Shown one piece after another: positions 31,038 through 45,764 of a DNA stretch of 64,000 nt. How positions within the stretch are numbered: position 1 is the first letter of the stretch; every line of letters begins with the position of its first letter. The stretch lies in NCBI GenBank assembly GCA_951406725.2, contig OX597830.1, positions 27,900,001 through 27,964,000 of the forward strand, read 5' to 3'. This stretch comes from Octopus vulgaris (taxonomy: Eukaryota). A model generated the notes under the pieces. That model saw nothing but the letters and a program-made list of their open reading frames with translations, made no database searches and had not been told where the DNA came from. The position numbers and the translations under genes are program-made.

Positions 31038-31926
31038 TATGTATATATATCTGTAAGTACGCAAGAACATATATCTTCGTTAGAATGCGTTTAAATCTTT
31101 ATTACCGGATTGAAGGGAATAAGCTTATCCATGTTTTTTCTTTTTTTTCTCGGTCTGTCTGCGTGTATTCTTGTATCTGTAGATATGTGAGTCCCTGTAT
31201 AAAGCAGTGCGTAGAAAAGCCCCGTGTATTCGCAGTTATGTTAGTCTATGTTTGATCGTAATCATTTCTATATGTCAATGAACTCGGAATGAAAATAAAG
31301 GAAGGAAAAAAATACAAGACTAAACAAAGCAAATCAAGAATGCATCCGATTTAAGAAAGATGCAGATACAGTCAGCAATTCCGACTTCTCTCTAATCCAG
31401 CAATTACTTACGTTTGCATCGATAAATTAAATTTCTGTAGGAGAGCCAGTGCATATCCTTGATGCCAGGATTGCTGGAGTGGGTTGATGGTTCTGGTCGT
31501 GTTATTAAACATTTTGATCGTATTCAAATCTATGATTACATTTTGGAAACTAACGAACAACTATTAATGATTAATACGATTATACACATAGCAGCTGGGC
31601 GTAGTAATGGCTGATTCGGTAGAGCGGCTGTCGAAATGCTCTGCTCTCTATACTTGAGCTTCTCTACTTTTTTATCGGTTTAAAACTTTTACGCACTAGT
31701 CAGGTGTGAGGACGTCCTTATCAACATTTTCTCAAAATATTCGACGCCATACTTTTCCGTTTATTTGATATTTAGTTATGACCTTTTATCTTACGAGTTC
31801 ACAGTCTGCTCAGGTCAAAATCGACTTTCATCGATATTCTTAGAGTTTTTCGAGATGAAGGTTTATCATTATGACAGAATTTCTTTTCACATGTACTATG
31901 ATAATATACATTCACTGGTATATTTA

Positions 31927-31985
<59 letters not shown>

Positions 31986-32254
31986 GCTGGTATAGTCAAA
32001 CAGGTGTCCTTATCATCATTGTTGTAGCTGTCATGTTTGTCCTTATATATATACTCTGATATATTCAGATTACTGTTCTCATCTAGGATGCGGTAGTCAC
32101 AACGTCTCGTTGTTGTTGGTTATAGTCAGAAGTATTTAGGATAATTCACACTTATGTTTAACTTATTAAGCTCATCCACGAGTGCTAGCTATCAAGCAGG
32201 CGGTAATCCGGAGATTGTTTTATCATACACATACATGAATATCCACATGTATCT

Positions 32255-32990
32255 GCATGGCACCTTGGGCAAGTGTCTCCTGCTATAGCCTCGGGCCGAC
32301 CAAAGCCTTGTGAGTGGATTTGGTAGAGGGAAACTGAAAGAAGCCCGTCGTATATATGTATGTATATGTGTGTGTGTGTATATTTGTGTGTCTGTTTTTA
32401 CCCCACTAACATCGCTTGACAACCGGTGCTGGTGTGTTTACGTCCCCGTAACTTAGCGGTTCGGCAAAAGAGACTGATAAAATAAGAGCCCTCGTTATTA
32501 TGCAAATAGAGGAAATTATCTGTAAATATAATATGTGACAATTATTCGGTAGCCATATAAAACTCCGAGTTTGGGGCGTCGGGGCGGAAACCCATGCCGC
32601 TATCTCTTCAGTTATCCAGCCATCGGAAAAATCGGAGCAAATTTTCGGAGCAAATTGTCACATATTATATTTACAGATATGTATGCATGTATGTATGTAT
32701 GTATGTATGTATGTATGTATGTATGTATGTATGTATGTATGTATGTATGTATGTATGTGTGTGTGTGTACATATATTTGTGTGTCTGTGTTTGTCCCTCC
32801 GACATCGCTTGACAACCGCTGTTGGTGTGTTTACGTCGCCGTAAATTAGCGGTTCGGTAAGAGTGACCGATAGAATAAGTACCAGGCTTACAAAGAATAA
32901 ATCCTAGGGATCGGATTGTTTGACTAGAGGCGGTGCTCTAGCATGGCCACGGACAAATGACTGAAACAAGTAAAAGAATAAAAGAATACA
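32255..32990 (+). mobile_element. SINE family A interrupted by a hammerhead-bearing insert (32488-32680), with the SINE 3' segment on both sides
   Basis: catcgcttgacaacc..ttagcggttcgg..gata.aataag at ~32410-32487 and again at ~32803-32879. Confidence 0.8.
32550..32622 (-). ncRNA. Degenerate type I hammerhead ribozyme motif, same family as the 34.1/34.8 kb copies
   Basis: ggctggataa-CTGAAGA-decayed stem II-CAAA (G12>C)-CTCGGAG-TT-ttatatggct, followed by the same aattgtcacatattatatttacagata tail as 34813. Confidence 0.6.
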
Positions 32991-33824
32991 AATATAAAAT
33001 ATATGTGAAACAAGACGAGACCATCAGTCGACGGATGAAGGACAAAAGCGAAAACAAATAAGATGAAATGTGGACATACGAACAACTTGAAATAAATAAA
33101 CAGAATAGGACCCTTGGGGCAGACAGAAGACAAAAATATGGTTAACGCCTGGGGGAATATCCTAAAGGATTAGAAACAGAAGGTGAACAGAGGGACTGGG
33201 AAACATGTTGAAAGTGGGAGTGAATATACGACCAGTCGCTTCGACGGTCGACTTGAAAAGGAAAAGTGACTAAAATATGACGATGAGCATGGGTCACGTG
33301 TCAGTTGTAGTAAAGAAATAAATAGTGGAAGGTAGAGGGAGAGATAAAGAGAGCAGTGAGAAATAAGGAGAGCAAAGAGAAACACAGAGAGGAGAAAGGA
33401 ACTGCAGAGGACGAGAACAGATAGCAGTACAGGAGTGTAGAGAGGGATGGGAGAAAGGAAGAGAGAGTGAGGAAGAGAAAGAGCGAGAGAGGGAGTAAAG
33501 CAGAGAAAGGAAGGGAAAGGAAGAGAAAAGAAGAGAAAGCATAGGAAAATACGTCGTTTGAAAATATAAAAAACATGGCGTTCCATTAAATGATAAATTG
33601 TAGAACATATAATAAAGTCACAATCAAAAGGAAAGCACGCTGAAGGTCACCAAATCCTCGTCAGTTATCGGCCACAGGCTCAAACGCAATTTTGCGCCTT
33701 CGACGGTAATATTCGAACCCGTGGTGGCACCGGCAGCAACAAGCCGCCGGGAAATAGTTAAAACAGAGAGAATGAAAATGCGATATGTGCGCGTGCGCGC
33801 ATGTGTGAGTATATTCATACATAC

Positions 33825-33876
<52 letters not shown>

Positions 33877-34088
33877 TAATATAGGATAAAATTTTTCGAA
33901 AAAAATTTTTTTATCAATGGCCAGCATATTACAAAATACCTTTAAAGGTTAAATTCATAAATAACTTATAAAAAAGGACAAAAGAAAAAACATTCTAACG
34001 CCAAATAGGCCGAAAATGGACAAATTTTCAATAACCATTATAATTTATCACATGTATATCTTTACATATATGTGACAATTGGTTTGAA

Positions 34089-34154
34089 AATAAAACGAAG
34101 AGTTTCGGATGCCGGAGCTGAAGTCTGCTCCGGCATCTCATCAGTTATTAAGAC
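34089..34154 (-). ncRNA. Type I hammerhead ribozyme motif, core intact
   Basis: taataa-CTGATGA (34144-34138)-GATGCCGGAGC/agacttca/GCTCCGGCATC (perfect 11-bp stem II)-C-GAAA-C-tcttc-GTT-ttatt. Confidence 0.8.
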
Positions 34155-34567
34155 AAACGCTATGAAAAAAAATAAAACCGTTGAACAAAGGGAAATTACT
34201 CCAATAGTCGTGGGGAAAGTAATACTTCGTTCATAGAATCCGCATATGCACACATATACACACACACACATACACGTACGCACACACGTACACACACATG
34301 TATGTATATATATATCTATATATATATACTCATACACACGTGTACATATACATACAAACACATATATATATATACATATGTATGTCTACGCATATACGCA
34401 CATACACACACATGTATACCCATGCACGCATCACTACGCTCATATTAACATCTCTACACGCACACACACAAACATACGCGGATCGTGCATGGGTATATGT
34501 GCGTGTATGCGTAGACATATATATGTATATATGTGTGTTTGCATGTATATGGACACGCGTGTATGAG

Positions 34568-34605
<38 letters not shown>

Positions 34606-34735
34606 CATATGTGTGTGCGTGTGTGCGTACATGTGTGTATATGTGTGCATATGCAGATTCTATGAACGAGGTATTACTTTCTCCATGCCTATTGGAGTAA
34701 TTTCCTTCTATTCAACTTTTTTTTCCATAGCGTTT

Positions 34736-34804
34736 GTCTTAATAACTGATGAGATGCCGGAGCAGACTACAGCCTCGGCATCCGAAACTGAGTTTTATTA
34801 TGAC
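34736..34804 (+). ncRNA. Type I hammerhead ribozyme motif, core intact
   Basis: Stem I GTC.TAATAA/TTATTA.GAC; CTGATGA 34746-34752; stem II GATGCCG../..CGGCATC; GAAA 34784-34787; AC-tga-GT; predicted GUU cleavage after 34794. Confidence 0.82.
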
Positions 34805-34960
34805 AACCAACTAATTGTCACATATTATATTTATAGATAAATTCCTTTATTTTCCATAATATCGAAGTCTCATTCATTCTTTTGTTGTCATATTATTATT
34901 CTTGATATATATGGAAAATAGAAATTAGAAAATCCTAAAATAATTTTATCATAATCATTT

Positions 34961-34995
34961 TAGTACCGGTTTCAGCCTTTGTGACTTTTTCAACT
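34961..34995 (-). ncRNA. Minimal hammerhead-like motif, U3-A8 core variant
   Basis: TTGAAAA-AGTC acaaa GGCT-GAAA-CCGG-TA with palindromic ACCGGT stem III; stem I only ~2 bp. Confidence 0.45.
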
Positions 34996-35261
34996 TTTAT
35001 AATCTCTGTGACTTTTTCAAACATGGAAAGCAATTAAATTGTGGTAAGATTAAATTAAGTCTTTTAAATAAAAATATTTATATAGTTTTCATTTACGTGG
35101 ACATTTTCCTTTTTTTCTGTCTGTCTTTCTTCTCTCAATTTTACTTTTGTGAGGGTTTGGTCGGTAGTTACTAGCTGGTCTGAAGGAATATCTAATATGA
35201 GGGATGTGGGTTCTTGGTTTTGATTGTTTAAGCAGCAGTAGCCGAAAAAGGAGTCGCCGCC

Positions 35262-35356
35262 GAAGAAGAAGAAGAAGAAGAAGAAGAAGAAGAAGAAGAA
35301 GAAGAAGAAGAAGAAGAAGAAGAAGAAGAAGAAGAAGAAGAAGAAGAAGAAGAAGA
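35262..35356. repeat. (GAA)n pure repeat
   Basis: Directly visible. Confidence 0.99.
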
Positions 35357-35358
35357 AA

Positions 35359-36165
35359 CCAAACTTGAGCAAGAAAGAATGGACTGAGCTGAACAAATTA
35401 AAATATCATAAAACAATAACAATAAAAGGGGCTGATAAAGAGAATGCGTCGTCTTAATGGACACGGAATACTATATAACTCTAGTACTATCCATATTAGA
35501 AGACACAACATATTATGAAAAGGTCCAACACTACAGTCAGCAGAAAACAAGGAGAAGCCTAAAAATTACGTTAAACCTAAACAGAGAAGGGCTCACCGAC
35601 AAGGAATACGATTATATTACTAACTTCAACAGTAAATCCATACAGGAGAGCTACATATATAATAATCAAGATACCTACTCCTAATGACCTCAAATTAAGA
35701 CCTCTAAATAGCATTTCCCCTATGAGAAACCCACAGCCTCAGTAACTTTTCAGCTCCTCTCTTAAGACCATTCCTCAAGCATATCAAAAGCTACATAAGA
35801 AACGACCTGTATATACTCAATTACGTCCCTAAAACAATAAGCAAAAACACCCTACTAGTATCCTACGGTGTAGTCAAAATCTATTCTATATCTCCCACAG
35901 CCTAGAGATAGAGGCAATCCAATTCTGGCTAGAGAATTACTCCAATGAAATCCCACACCGCATCAAAAAAGAATTCGTAAAAGAAGGGCTAAAATTCAAA
36001 GTCAACTTCTATCGATAAAAATCGATAAAAATAGGGGACTCCGATGGGTACGAGAACGGCCAACTACTTTGCTAACATAGTCATAGGATATCTATAAATC
36101 AATCTTTATTGTAAGGTACTAGAAAAATATGGCTACCCATTCTCCCTCTACATAGAAAATAACGA
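35359..36165 (+). mobile_element. Decayed Penelope-like element reverse transcriptase fragment
   Basis: PNLSKKEWTELNKLKYHKTITIKGADK (cf. IIKxADKG), MDTEYY..ILEDTTYYEK, KLRP, SYIRN, LLVSYGVV (SFDV-like), IGTPMG; frameshifted; ends before the YxDD motif. Confidence 0.85.
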
Positions 36166-37547
36166 GAGTTTCTTGTAGTGTATATTTCCCAAAATTCTAT
36201 AAGCTTTCAGGAATGAACTAGATATGAGTGGGTATTAATCTACCATACTGATGAAGGTGAATTTATCTAAGGTAATTTGAAACCGTTTAATAACGACACT
36301 ATCATAATTTCATGATATTTGTTGTTTTGTGATTATAGAAGCTAAAATGCACTTCTTGGGTGTCCCTATTTTATTTTGTCGGGGTGGTGATTCTTCACTT
36401 TGGTACAGCAATGAAATAATTCTTGTGATCTTTTAATGTTATGTAAGTAGCCCTTAGTATCTCGTTAGTTTAATTTGATTTTATGGCTGCCGTTATTTTC
36501 TTTTCTTTGTTTTTCATCATCATTTTCTAAGAGGCAGCGTAAGAAATATAACTTACCCCTATCTTTTATGGATATAGATATGACTACGGAATTAATGAAC
36601 CACCTAGGAGCAGGCATACAATGTGTTTGCTCTATTTGTTCGAACCAGCACCACAATGTTCCCCAGAATAACAACATGGTATCTCAAAACTGGAAGGACA
36701 GGTTTGATAATTTGATAATCCTAAATATATTACATGTTCGAAAAAGACATCAAGAATATCTTTGATCATAATTGAGCTTTAACGTTACTGATCTATGGCA
36801 AAACAACAAAAACAACAAAAGCAACAACAACAAAAATATACAAAATCTGACGGCCATAACAGCAGTAATAACTGCAACATCAGCAGGAGCAACTACGGGA
36901 ATTAAGTTTCGGTACATGTAAAGAATTAGAAGCCGGGTATAAAGTGCAATCGAGAGATATCAGGCAGCTATGGCTCATTACTTTTCTTACATACAGCTTC
37001 AGACTACTATCGTCTATCATTATTGGATTCTTCAATTGCTTTTCTTAACAAAGCTCAATAAGTGATACCCGTTTGATGCAATATTTTTTTCTGTCACGAA
37101 TGGAAGTTTGTATTTTTCACTGTGCGAAACAACTGCAAACTTTACCTCAAATAAATTAGTTTCCTCTGCACTGTCAAAGTTTATCTTTTATCTGCAACGT
37201 GTCATGAAAACGTACTCAAGAAGTGACTTTGAAAACCGATTTCTACTCTTAGAATATACATATTTAGTTACTTTGTGATTCACATGCGTTAAGTTAAATT
37301 TGATTATTTGCAAAAAAAGTCAAGAGTTTTGAATAATCAACATCAGTATAGTATCGGGAAAGATTTTTTTCGGTATTTCTTCCGACCTTTAACGTAGTGA
37401 GTTCAAATTCAGCTGAAATTAACCTTGCCTTTCAACGCTCTTGTATCGAGAAAATTTTGTACCAAGTCAGTTACTAAAAAGAAAGAGACACAAAGAGAAG
37501 GAAATTGATAAATGTAAAAGGCTATGCATACATATATATATAAAGAT

Positions 37548-37580
<33 letters not shown>

Positions 37581-38442
37581 AAGATATATATATATATAAA
37601 TATATATATATATACGTATGTATATATAGTCATATATTTATATACACAGTCATACACAGGTATGTATGTGTGTATGTATGTATATATGTAAGTATGTATG
37701 AATATGTATTAGGAATTTGCAGTAATCGTCGGAATGCCTGCCCCTGTTACTCATTTCTAGTGAGACACAGCTAACCTTCCGATCAAACGGCATCTGATAG
37801 TTCGCGGAGTAGGTTCTGGTTTGAAATGATCTTTTCAAATGATTTCCCTTAATCAGTTTAAAGATAATAACAATGATGAAAAATGGCCGATAATGCAAAG
37901 AGGTAGCAGTGTGAGAATGTAACGGATTGGAGTTCACTATATTGGCTTTCGTCTACCTTAATAAATTCGTAGGTCTTCAGGCATTTTCTTAAGGGAACCA
38001 CTCTTCCGCACATGATCATCGGTATTCATTAATTTCTTTTCACACAGGAGAAGAAGGAACTAAGAAAATGTATAAATATATAAACATACATAAAAAAGAA
38101 ATGATTGAATCATATATACATATAGATATATACATGCATATACACACACACACATACACACACATATATAGATATGTAAACATACACACACACACACATA
38201 CACATATATATATATGTATAGCTACATATATGTATATTTATATATATATGTGTGTGTGTGTATATATGAGTATATATAATATACATACAAACACACACAC
38301 ATTTATGTATTACATGATATAAAATATATCTTTCAGATTATATATATATATACATACATATTACATATGTGTGTGTGTATTTGTGTGTGTGTGTGTTTGT
38401 GTGTTTGTGTGTTTGTGTGGTTGTGCCTTTATTTGTTTATAC

Positions 38443-38502
<60 letters not shown>

Positions 38503-39347
38503 GTTTCACGAACGGATTAAAAAGAATGTAGAGAACGGTAGAAAAAAAATAAAGAAACGTAAAAAAGAAATATATAAAAAATAACTTTCTTTGAATAGTG
38601 ACTCCTCCTCCCACCGCCCATGAAATGAAAAGTACTTACGTCTAATGTTCTTAATAAGAGTATCTTGAAGACATTAATTGTCTAAATATTGATGGGAAAT
38701 TTCTTCATATCTCTCCTGGAAGCATTCAGTTGCAAGTCTACAAGAGAAGAGAGACAGATAGAGAAATATAGAGAGAGGGAGGGAGAGAGAGATGGAGAGA
38801 AAGAGATGAGGGAGACGTGTAGGGGGTGAAGGTGTTCTTGATACGGATGATTTCAAGTAAACGGTCTGAAGGTTACGAGATTATGGCAGCCCATAATTTC
38901 AAATTTCTCTTCAGGGTTCCGGGCCACTAATTCACATCATTTTGTATCGTTTTCTTTCATTTATTTTTATTTTTATTTTATTTTACTCAGTTTTTTTTTG
39001 TGTGTGTATATTATATATATATGTATATTTTTTTTTGGCATATTTATTTATTTTATTCATTACATTTTGGATATGACTTTTCTTTGACGGCCGACTCGCC
39101 TCATGGGTTGTGAATTCTATTAGAGAAACAGAAAGAAAGAGACAGATGTAGAGAGAGAGAGAGAGAGTGAAAGAGAGAAAGACAGATAGAGAGGAAAATG
39201 AAGGCGTCAATTGCATAGTGGTTGTGTGTGTTTGTAATGAGAGAGTGAAAGATGGAGAGAGCCAGAGAGAAGAGGAGAGAAAAGGCAAGTCTAAACCAAA
39301 GGATGAATGAGAGAGAGAGACAGGGAGAGAGAGAGAGAGAGAGAGAG

Positions 39348-39385
<38 letters not shown>

Positions 39386-40416
39386 TGCTGGTGTTTAGTT
39401 GTGAGAGTTTGTGTATATATGTGTATTAGACAGACAGAAAAAGAACGTGACAGAGAGTGAGAGAGAGAGAGAGAGAGGAAGAGAGGGGGTAGAGAGGGAA
39501 GGAGAAAGAAAGAGAGGGAGTGACAGAGAGGGCGAGGGCAAATTTATGATGTATGCATTTGCGCATGTGTATTAGGGATTTCATAAGAGTCAACGAGAAA
39601 GGTGGTGGTGGGGGCGGGGAGAGACAGGGAGAAAAGACTGGCGAAGTGAAGTGATAAAGATAGATAAATCTCTGAATGTAAGAACAGTTACTTCTAGTGT
39701 GTTACCTCCCACTGGAATTTCGACAAAGATCAGTGACGGCATCATTGGAACACGGTTAAGCAAATCGGAACGAGTAATCATTGTTTCGTGTTATGCCACT
39801 TGGGGCAACGTAATCAGAATAATCTAAGGAAAAATATTTCTGAAGAACAATGCTATTGGATGGACATCAACCGATCTCTTCAAACACCGATCGATTCTTT
39901 ACAATTGCAACCAATTTTCGCCACCTCCACTCACATTTACATGCCCTTCAAGATGATATGCAACCAATATTCACCGCCACACACATTTACATGCTCTTAC
40001 AGATATACATTCACTATAAGAAAGATCAATTAAGAAGCAAACAGAAGCAAACATAGACATTCCGATTTAAAAGTATTATGTATGCATATCTATATGGACA
40101 ACATGAATACATATGCATATATCTGAATGAATTACGTCTCACCGTATAGAAAGATTTTATCAAGGAAATTCTAACGGTTTCTCTCTTGTAGATAGCAAAC
40201 TAATTTCAGCATTGGAATCAAAGATTTGCAATATTATGATATTTTTACAAGATCAAAACATCGGCACATAGTTATACAGAAGATAAATCAGCTAAGATAC
40301 AGAAAATAAAAGGAAAATTCTCATCCCCGCCATCAAACAAACAACCACGAACGCACAGATACATACATAAATACTGATGCATCTATACACATATAGACAG
40401 ACTAATACATACATAA

Positions 40417-40455
<39 letters not shown>

Positions 40456-40529
40456 AGTACATATTTATATATATATATTTATTTATGTATATATATATAC
40501 GTACATATATATATATATATATTTATGTA

Positions 40530-40564
<35 letters not shown>

Positions 40565-41035
40565 GTACATAAAAGCCAATACATCCAAAGATGCGCATAG
40601 ATTTGTAGAAGCGTACACACATGTATATAGGCTTATGCATACAACTACACATACATACACATATACGTATACAGACATACTCACTCGTATATGCTGATTA
40701 TGCATTGACATACATAGATTCACCCAAACTTACAGACGCACAAAATTAGAAACAGCTCACTTAAGTGTTACTCTGACATTCCAATCAGGTTCAACATCTT
40801 GCGCATATAACAAGATAAACTCGAGCCAATGACGAACTTCCTAGTAGTTTGTTTGACATGCTAAACTTAACATTCGTATCTCACTCATATCAGACTTAAT
40901 CTTTCTTTCTTTCTTTTTTTTGCAATTGTTAAAATAAAAGTGAACGAAACCTAAAACTTATAAATTGAGTTGGCGAGAGTCTGCAACAGCAGCAACAACA
41001 AATATATAAGAATAGGGTTGTGTATGCCCTTAGAG

Positions 41036-41090
41036 TACTTCTGCCCCGGTTCAACCCAATTTTGAGTTCGGTTGAACTGGGGTAGAAGTA
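41036..41090 (+). mobile_element. Tiny MITE-like hairpin, 21-bp arms, TA at both ends
   Basis: TACTTCTGCCCCGGTTCAACC - 13 nt - GGTTGAACTGGGGTAGAAGTA. Confidence 0.7.
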
Positions 41091-41231
41091 AAGATCAGTT
41101 GAAGGAAATGAATATTAATTAGAAATGTTATAAAGTTAGTCTCATAGCAGTCAATTTGTGTTACCGAACGGTTGCATGCTAAAGAACATTTCAGTTGTGT
41201 GAATGTAAATTCACAAACCATGGACATGGCT

Positions 41232-41266
<35 letters not shown>

Positions 41267-41534
41267 AAGTATTGTGACACATATACATACATACACACAC
41301 ATACTCTCTCACATTCTCTCTCTCTCTCTCTCCCTCTGTATTTATATATATATGGAGAGGTCAATCAACAGCTGCAAGAATGTCTTCATACGCTGCTGTA
41401 GCAATTTCGTTTTAGAGTTTGAACATATCGAGGAATATTTGGGGATTAAAGAAACCATTGGGTGCTAGAATCTTTAAAGAGAATTGGCTTTCCACGGCTT
41501 AAACTTTGTTAATGGTACACAAATGTATATATAT

Positions 41535-41629
<95 letters not shown>

Positions 41630-41886
41630 TGTGGGTGTGTGTATGTGTGTGCGTGTGAGTCTATGCTTGTATGTATGTATATAAATCTTACGTTCGAGTA
41701 GATGCATATACGGAGATACATACAGACATACATATAGACATTCAGGCACATATACATACGCGTGCACATATACACACTCATATATCTGCACACACTCTTG
41801 CACGCATAGCTCCAAGTAGATTGAACGACTATGTGATCAGTAAGACTTTAACGAAGAAACAGAAAAGGAAATTAATATACGTTCAA

Positions 41887-42720
<834 letters not shown>

Positions 42721-43107
42721 ATGCTTGTGAGACAGGTTCAAGCAATGATTATAATGAATTAAAAATGAAAGAATCCTGAAGAAATTGGATCAGGAGGAAA
42801 TAGAAACTCGTTTGGTTTCTTTTACTTAATTTTCTTTTTCTTTTCTTTTTTCTCGATACTCGACAGGATTTCTTCCTGGACCTTTAAAGAAAGGTCATTA
42901 GTGGAAAACCGATTTTTTCCCCCTTTTTACTTCTAATTCGTGTAACTTGAGGATATTATTATCTGTTGGATACAATTTCTCGATCTCTTCATCTAGAAAT
43001 TTATAATTTTTTTTCCCGTTTCTCTGTGTATTAATCTTTCTTATTTTGTGTTAATATAAATATGTGTAGGTATGCATGTACATACATACACATGTACGTC
43101 TATACGT

Positions 43108-43149
<42 letters not shown>

Positions 43150-43284
43150 TTATATACATATAAATATATATATATATATCCATATCTATATATATGTATA
43201 TCCATATATATATACTTTATCTCTATGTGTACATATGTATTTGTCATTATTATTTAAATAAGTACTTAAGCTGATATATATATG

Positions 43285-43319
<35 letters not shown>

Positions 43320-43476
43320 TGAGAGAGAGAGACAGACAGACAGACAGACTGACGCAGAAACATATATACAGACACTCACATACACATATCCTTGAATCTG
43401 TATGTACGTTTGTATGTATATACTTATAAATATTACATATACATACACATACATGCATACATACATACACACACAC

Positions 43477-43531
<55 letters not shown>

Positions 43532-43631
43532 CATCCATGTAGTTGTATATGTAAATTCATATATATATACATGCACAATCACACACACATACACACACAC
43601 TACAAGCAAAAGTGTTTTGATTGAATATCGC

Positions 43632-43724
<93 letters not shown>

Positions 43725-43864
43725 TGTGTTTATATTTTTCAATCTAAGTATGTATTTTCGTAGCCTCTGTCTCGAAATCACGCTTTTGCACGAAACTCAA
43801 CGGTGTACCAATCTGTAATTAAATTTGTATATACACATTTGGTCAATATATCTATGTATGTATA

Positions 43865-43960
<96 letters not shown>

Positions 43961-44225
43961 TGTGTGTTGTTGATCTGTTACACACAAACACACACACAGA
44001 CATACCACATACATACACCTATACATATATATAGTGAAATCAATAAGAGTTTATAATAGCTATTTAAAACATCGATTTTTGGACGATGGGAAGCGACGTT
44101 TATCACATTCGTTTATACTTCAAATGTAAGGTAACATTCCGTGTAGTCACTGAGTATAAGGAAATTTTGACTCTATTATTATAGTAGTAAGAATATAAAT
44201 AGTAGTGGTGTTGGTAGGAGTTGTT

Positions 44226-44270
<45 letters not shown>

Positions 44271-44460
44271 ATTGGACCCTACTTTTTCTCAGAAGAGCTG
44301 ATCCTTGATCGATGATGTTGCAGCTACTGCGAGTATTCTATTTGGTTTGTCTTACCTCTCTGATAACAGTTTCTGTTTTTATGTATAATTGGCTGAGGTT
44401 TCAACAATTTCGTTCAACCATATGGTCTCTATCTCTCACTCTTACATTGTGTCTCTCTCC

Positions 44461-44493
<33 letters not shown>

Positions 44494-44764
44494 CCTTTTA
44501 TTTTTTGCACAACAGAGATCTAAAATTCTTGCTAAACGTCGAACAGATTTTTCGTGCTGGTATACGTAGCTCTTCCCACAGCATCAAACATTTGGGCGAC
44601 AATGATTTATAAAACTGGGCTTGCAATTCGCCATGATACTATGGAAGCGTGACTTGGGACCTGTAGCGGAATGCAAAATTATATACACTCTACAGGCCCA
44701 CGACAAAAAAATCAATAGGGTTAATCTCATTCATCATTTATAAAAAAGTGAATATATATATATA

Positions 44765-45165
44765 GGCGCAGGAGTGGCTCTGTGGTAAGTAGCTTGCTTA
44801 CGAACCACATGGTTCCGGGTTCATTCCCACTGCGTAGCAGCTTGGGCAAGTGTGTTATATTATAGCCTCGGTCCAACCAAAGCCTTGTGAGTGGATTTGG
44901 TTGACGGAAACTGAAAGAAGCCCGTAGTATATATGTATATGTATATATATATATGTGTGTGTGTTTGTGTGTCTGTGTTTGTCCCACAAGCATCGTTTGA
45001 CAACCATGCTGTAGTGTTTACGTTCGGCATAAGACCGATAGAATAAGTACTAGGCTTACAAAGAATAAGTCCTGGGGTCGATTTGCTCGACTAAAGGCGG
45101 TGCTCCAGCATGGCCACAGTCAAATGACTGAAACAAGTAGAATAGTAAAAGAATAAAAAGAGTAA
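44765..45165 (+). mobile_element. SINE family A, full length; a decayed second copy follows at ~45277-45630
   Basis: tggctctgtgg A box, cttACGaac, ggttcattccc B box, cttgggcaagtgt core; colinear with 5478-5890. Confidence 0.9.
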
Positions 45166-45174
45166 TATGTATAT

Positions 45175-45217
<43 letters not shown>

Positions 45218-45649
45218 CACACATACACACACACACATATACACACGCACGCACGCACACATACACACATATATAGGTCGACGCAGGTAAGCTGTATGAT
45301 AACAAGCAACCCAATCACATGATTTCGGGTTCAGTCCACAGCGTGATATTTTGGGCAAGTGTTTTCGACCAAACCGTTGAGATAGTATTTGGTAGACAGA
45401 AAGTGGAAGGAACCTGTCCTATTTATGCATGTATATCTATGTGCATTTTTAAAAATTTGTGTTTAACCCCACACCACAACCGGTGTCTACATCCCCGTAA
45501 CCTCGCGGCTCTGTAAAAGAAACAGATCGAATAAATACCAGGCTTAATAAAATAGTAGTGGAAACGATGGCTAAAAGTTAAAGGCTGTGCTATGCATGGC
45601 TACAGTCTAATGACTGAAACAAGTAAAAGACAAAGGCACACACACACAG

Positions 45650-45721
<72 letters not shown>

Positions 45722-45764
45722 ACACCCACACCCACACACACACACATGTATATATATATGAAAG

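Larger units (their letters stand above)
34066..34824. repeat. Large inverted repeat, ~350-bp arms, ~55-bp spacer (34429-34483)
   Basis: Arms match through both unique and microsatellite-like parts; ORFs 34062..34361(-) and 34298..34840(+) give near-identical peptides. Confidence 0.92.

Noticed and set aside
36245-36292. CTGATGA...GAAACCGTT hammerhead-like string after the Penelope RT fragment
   Set aside because: Stems I and II do not form convincingly
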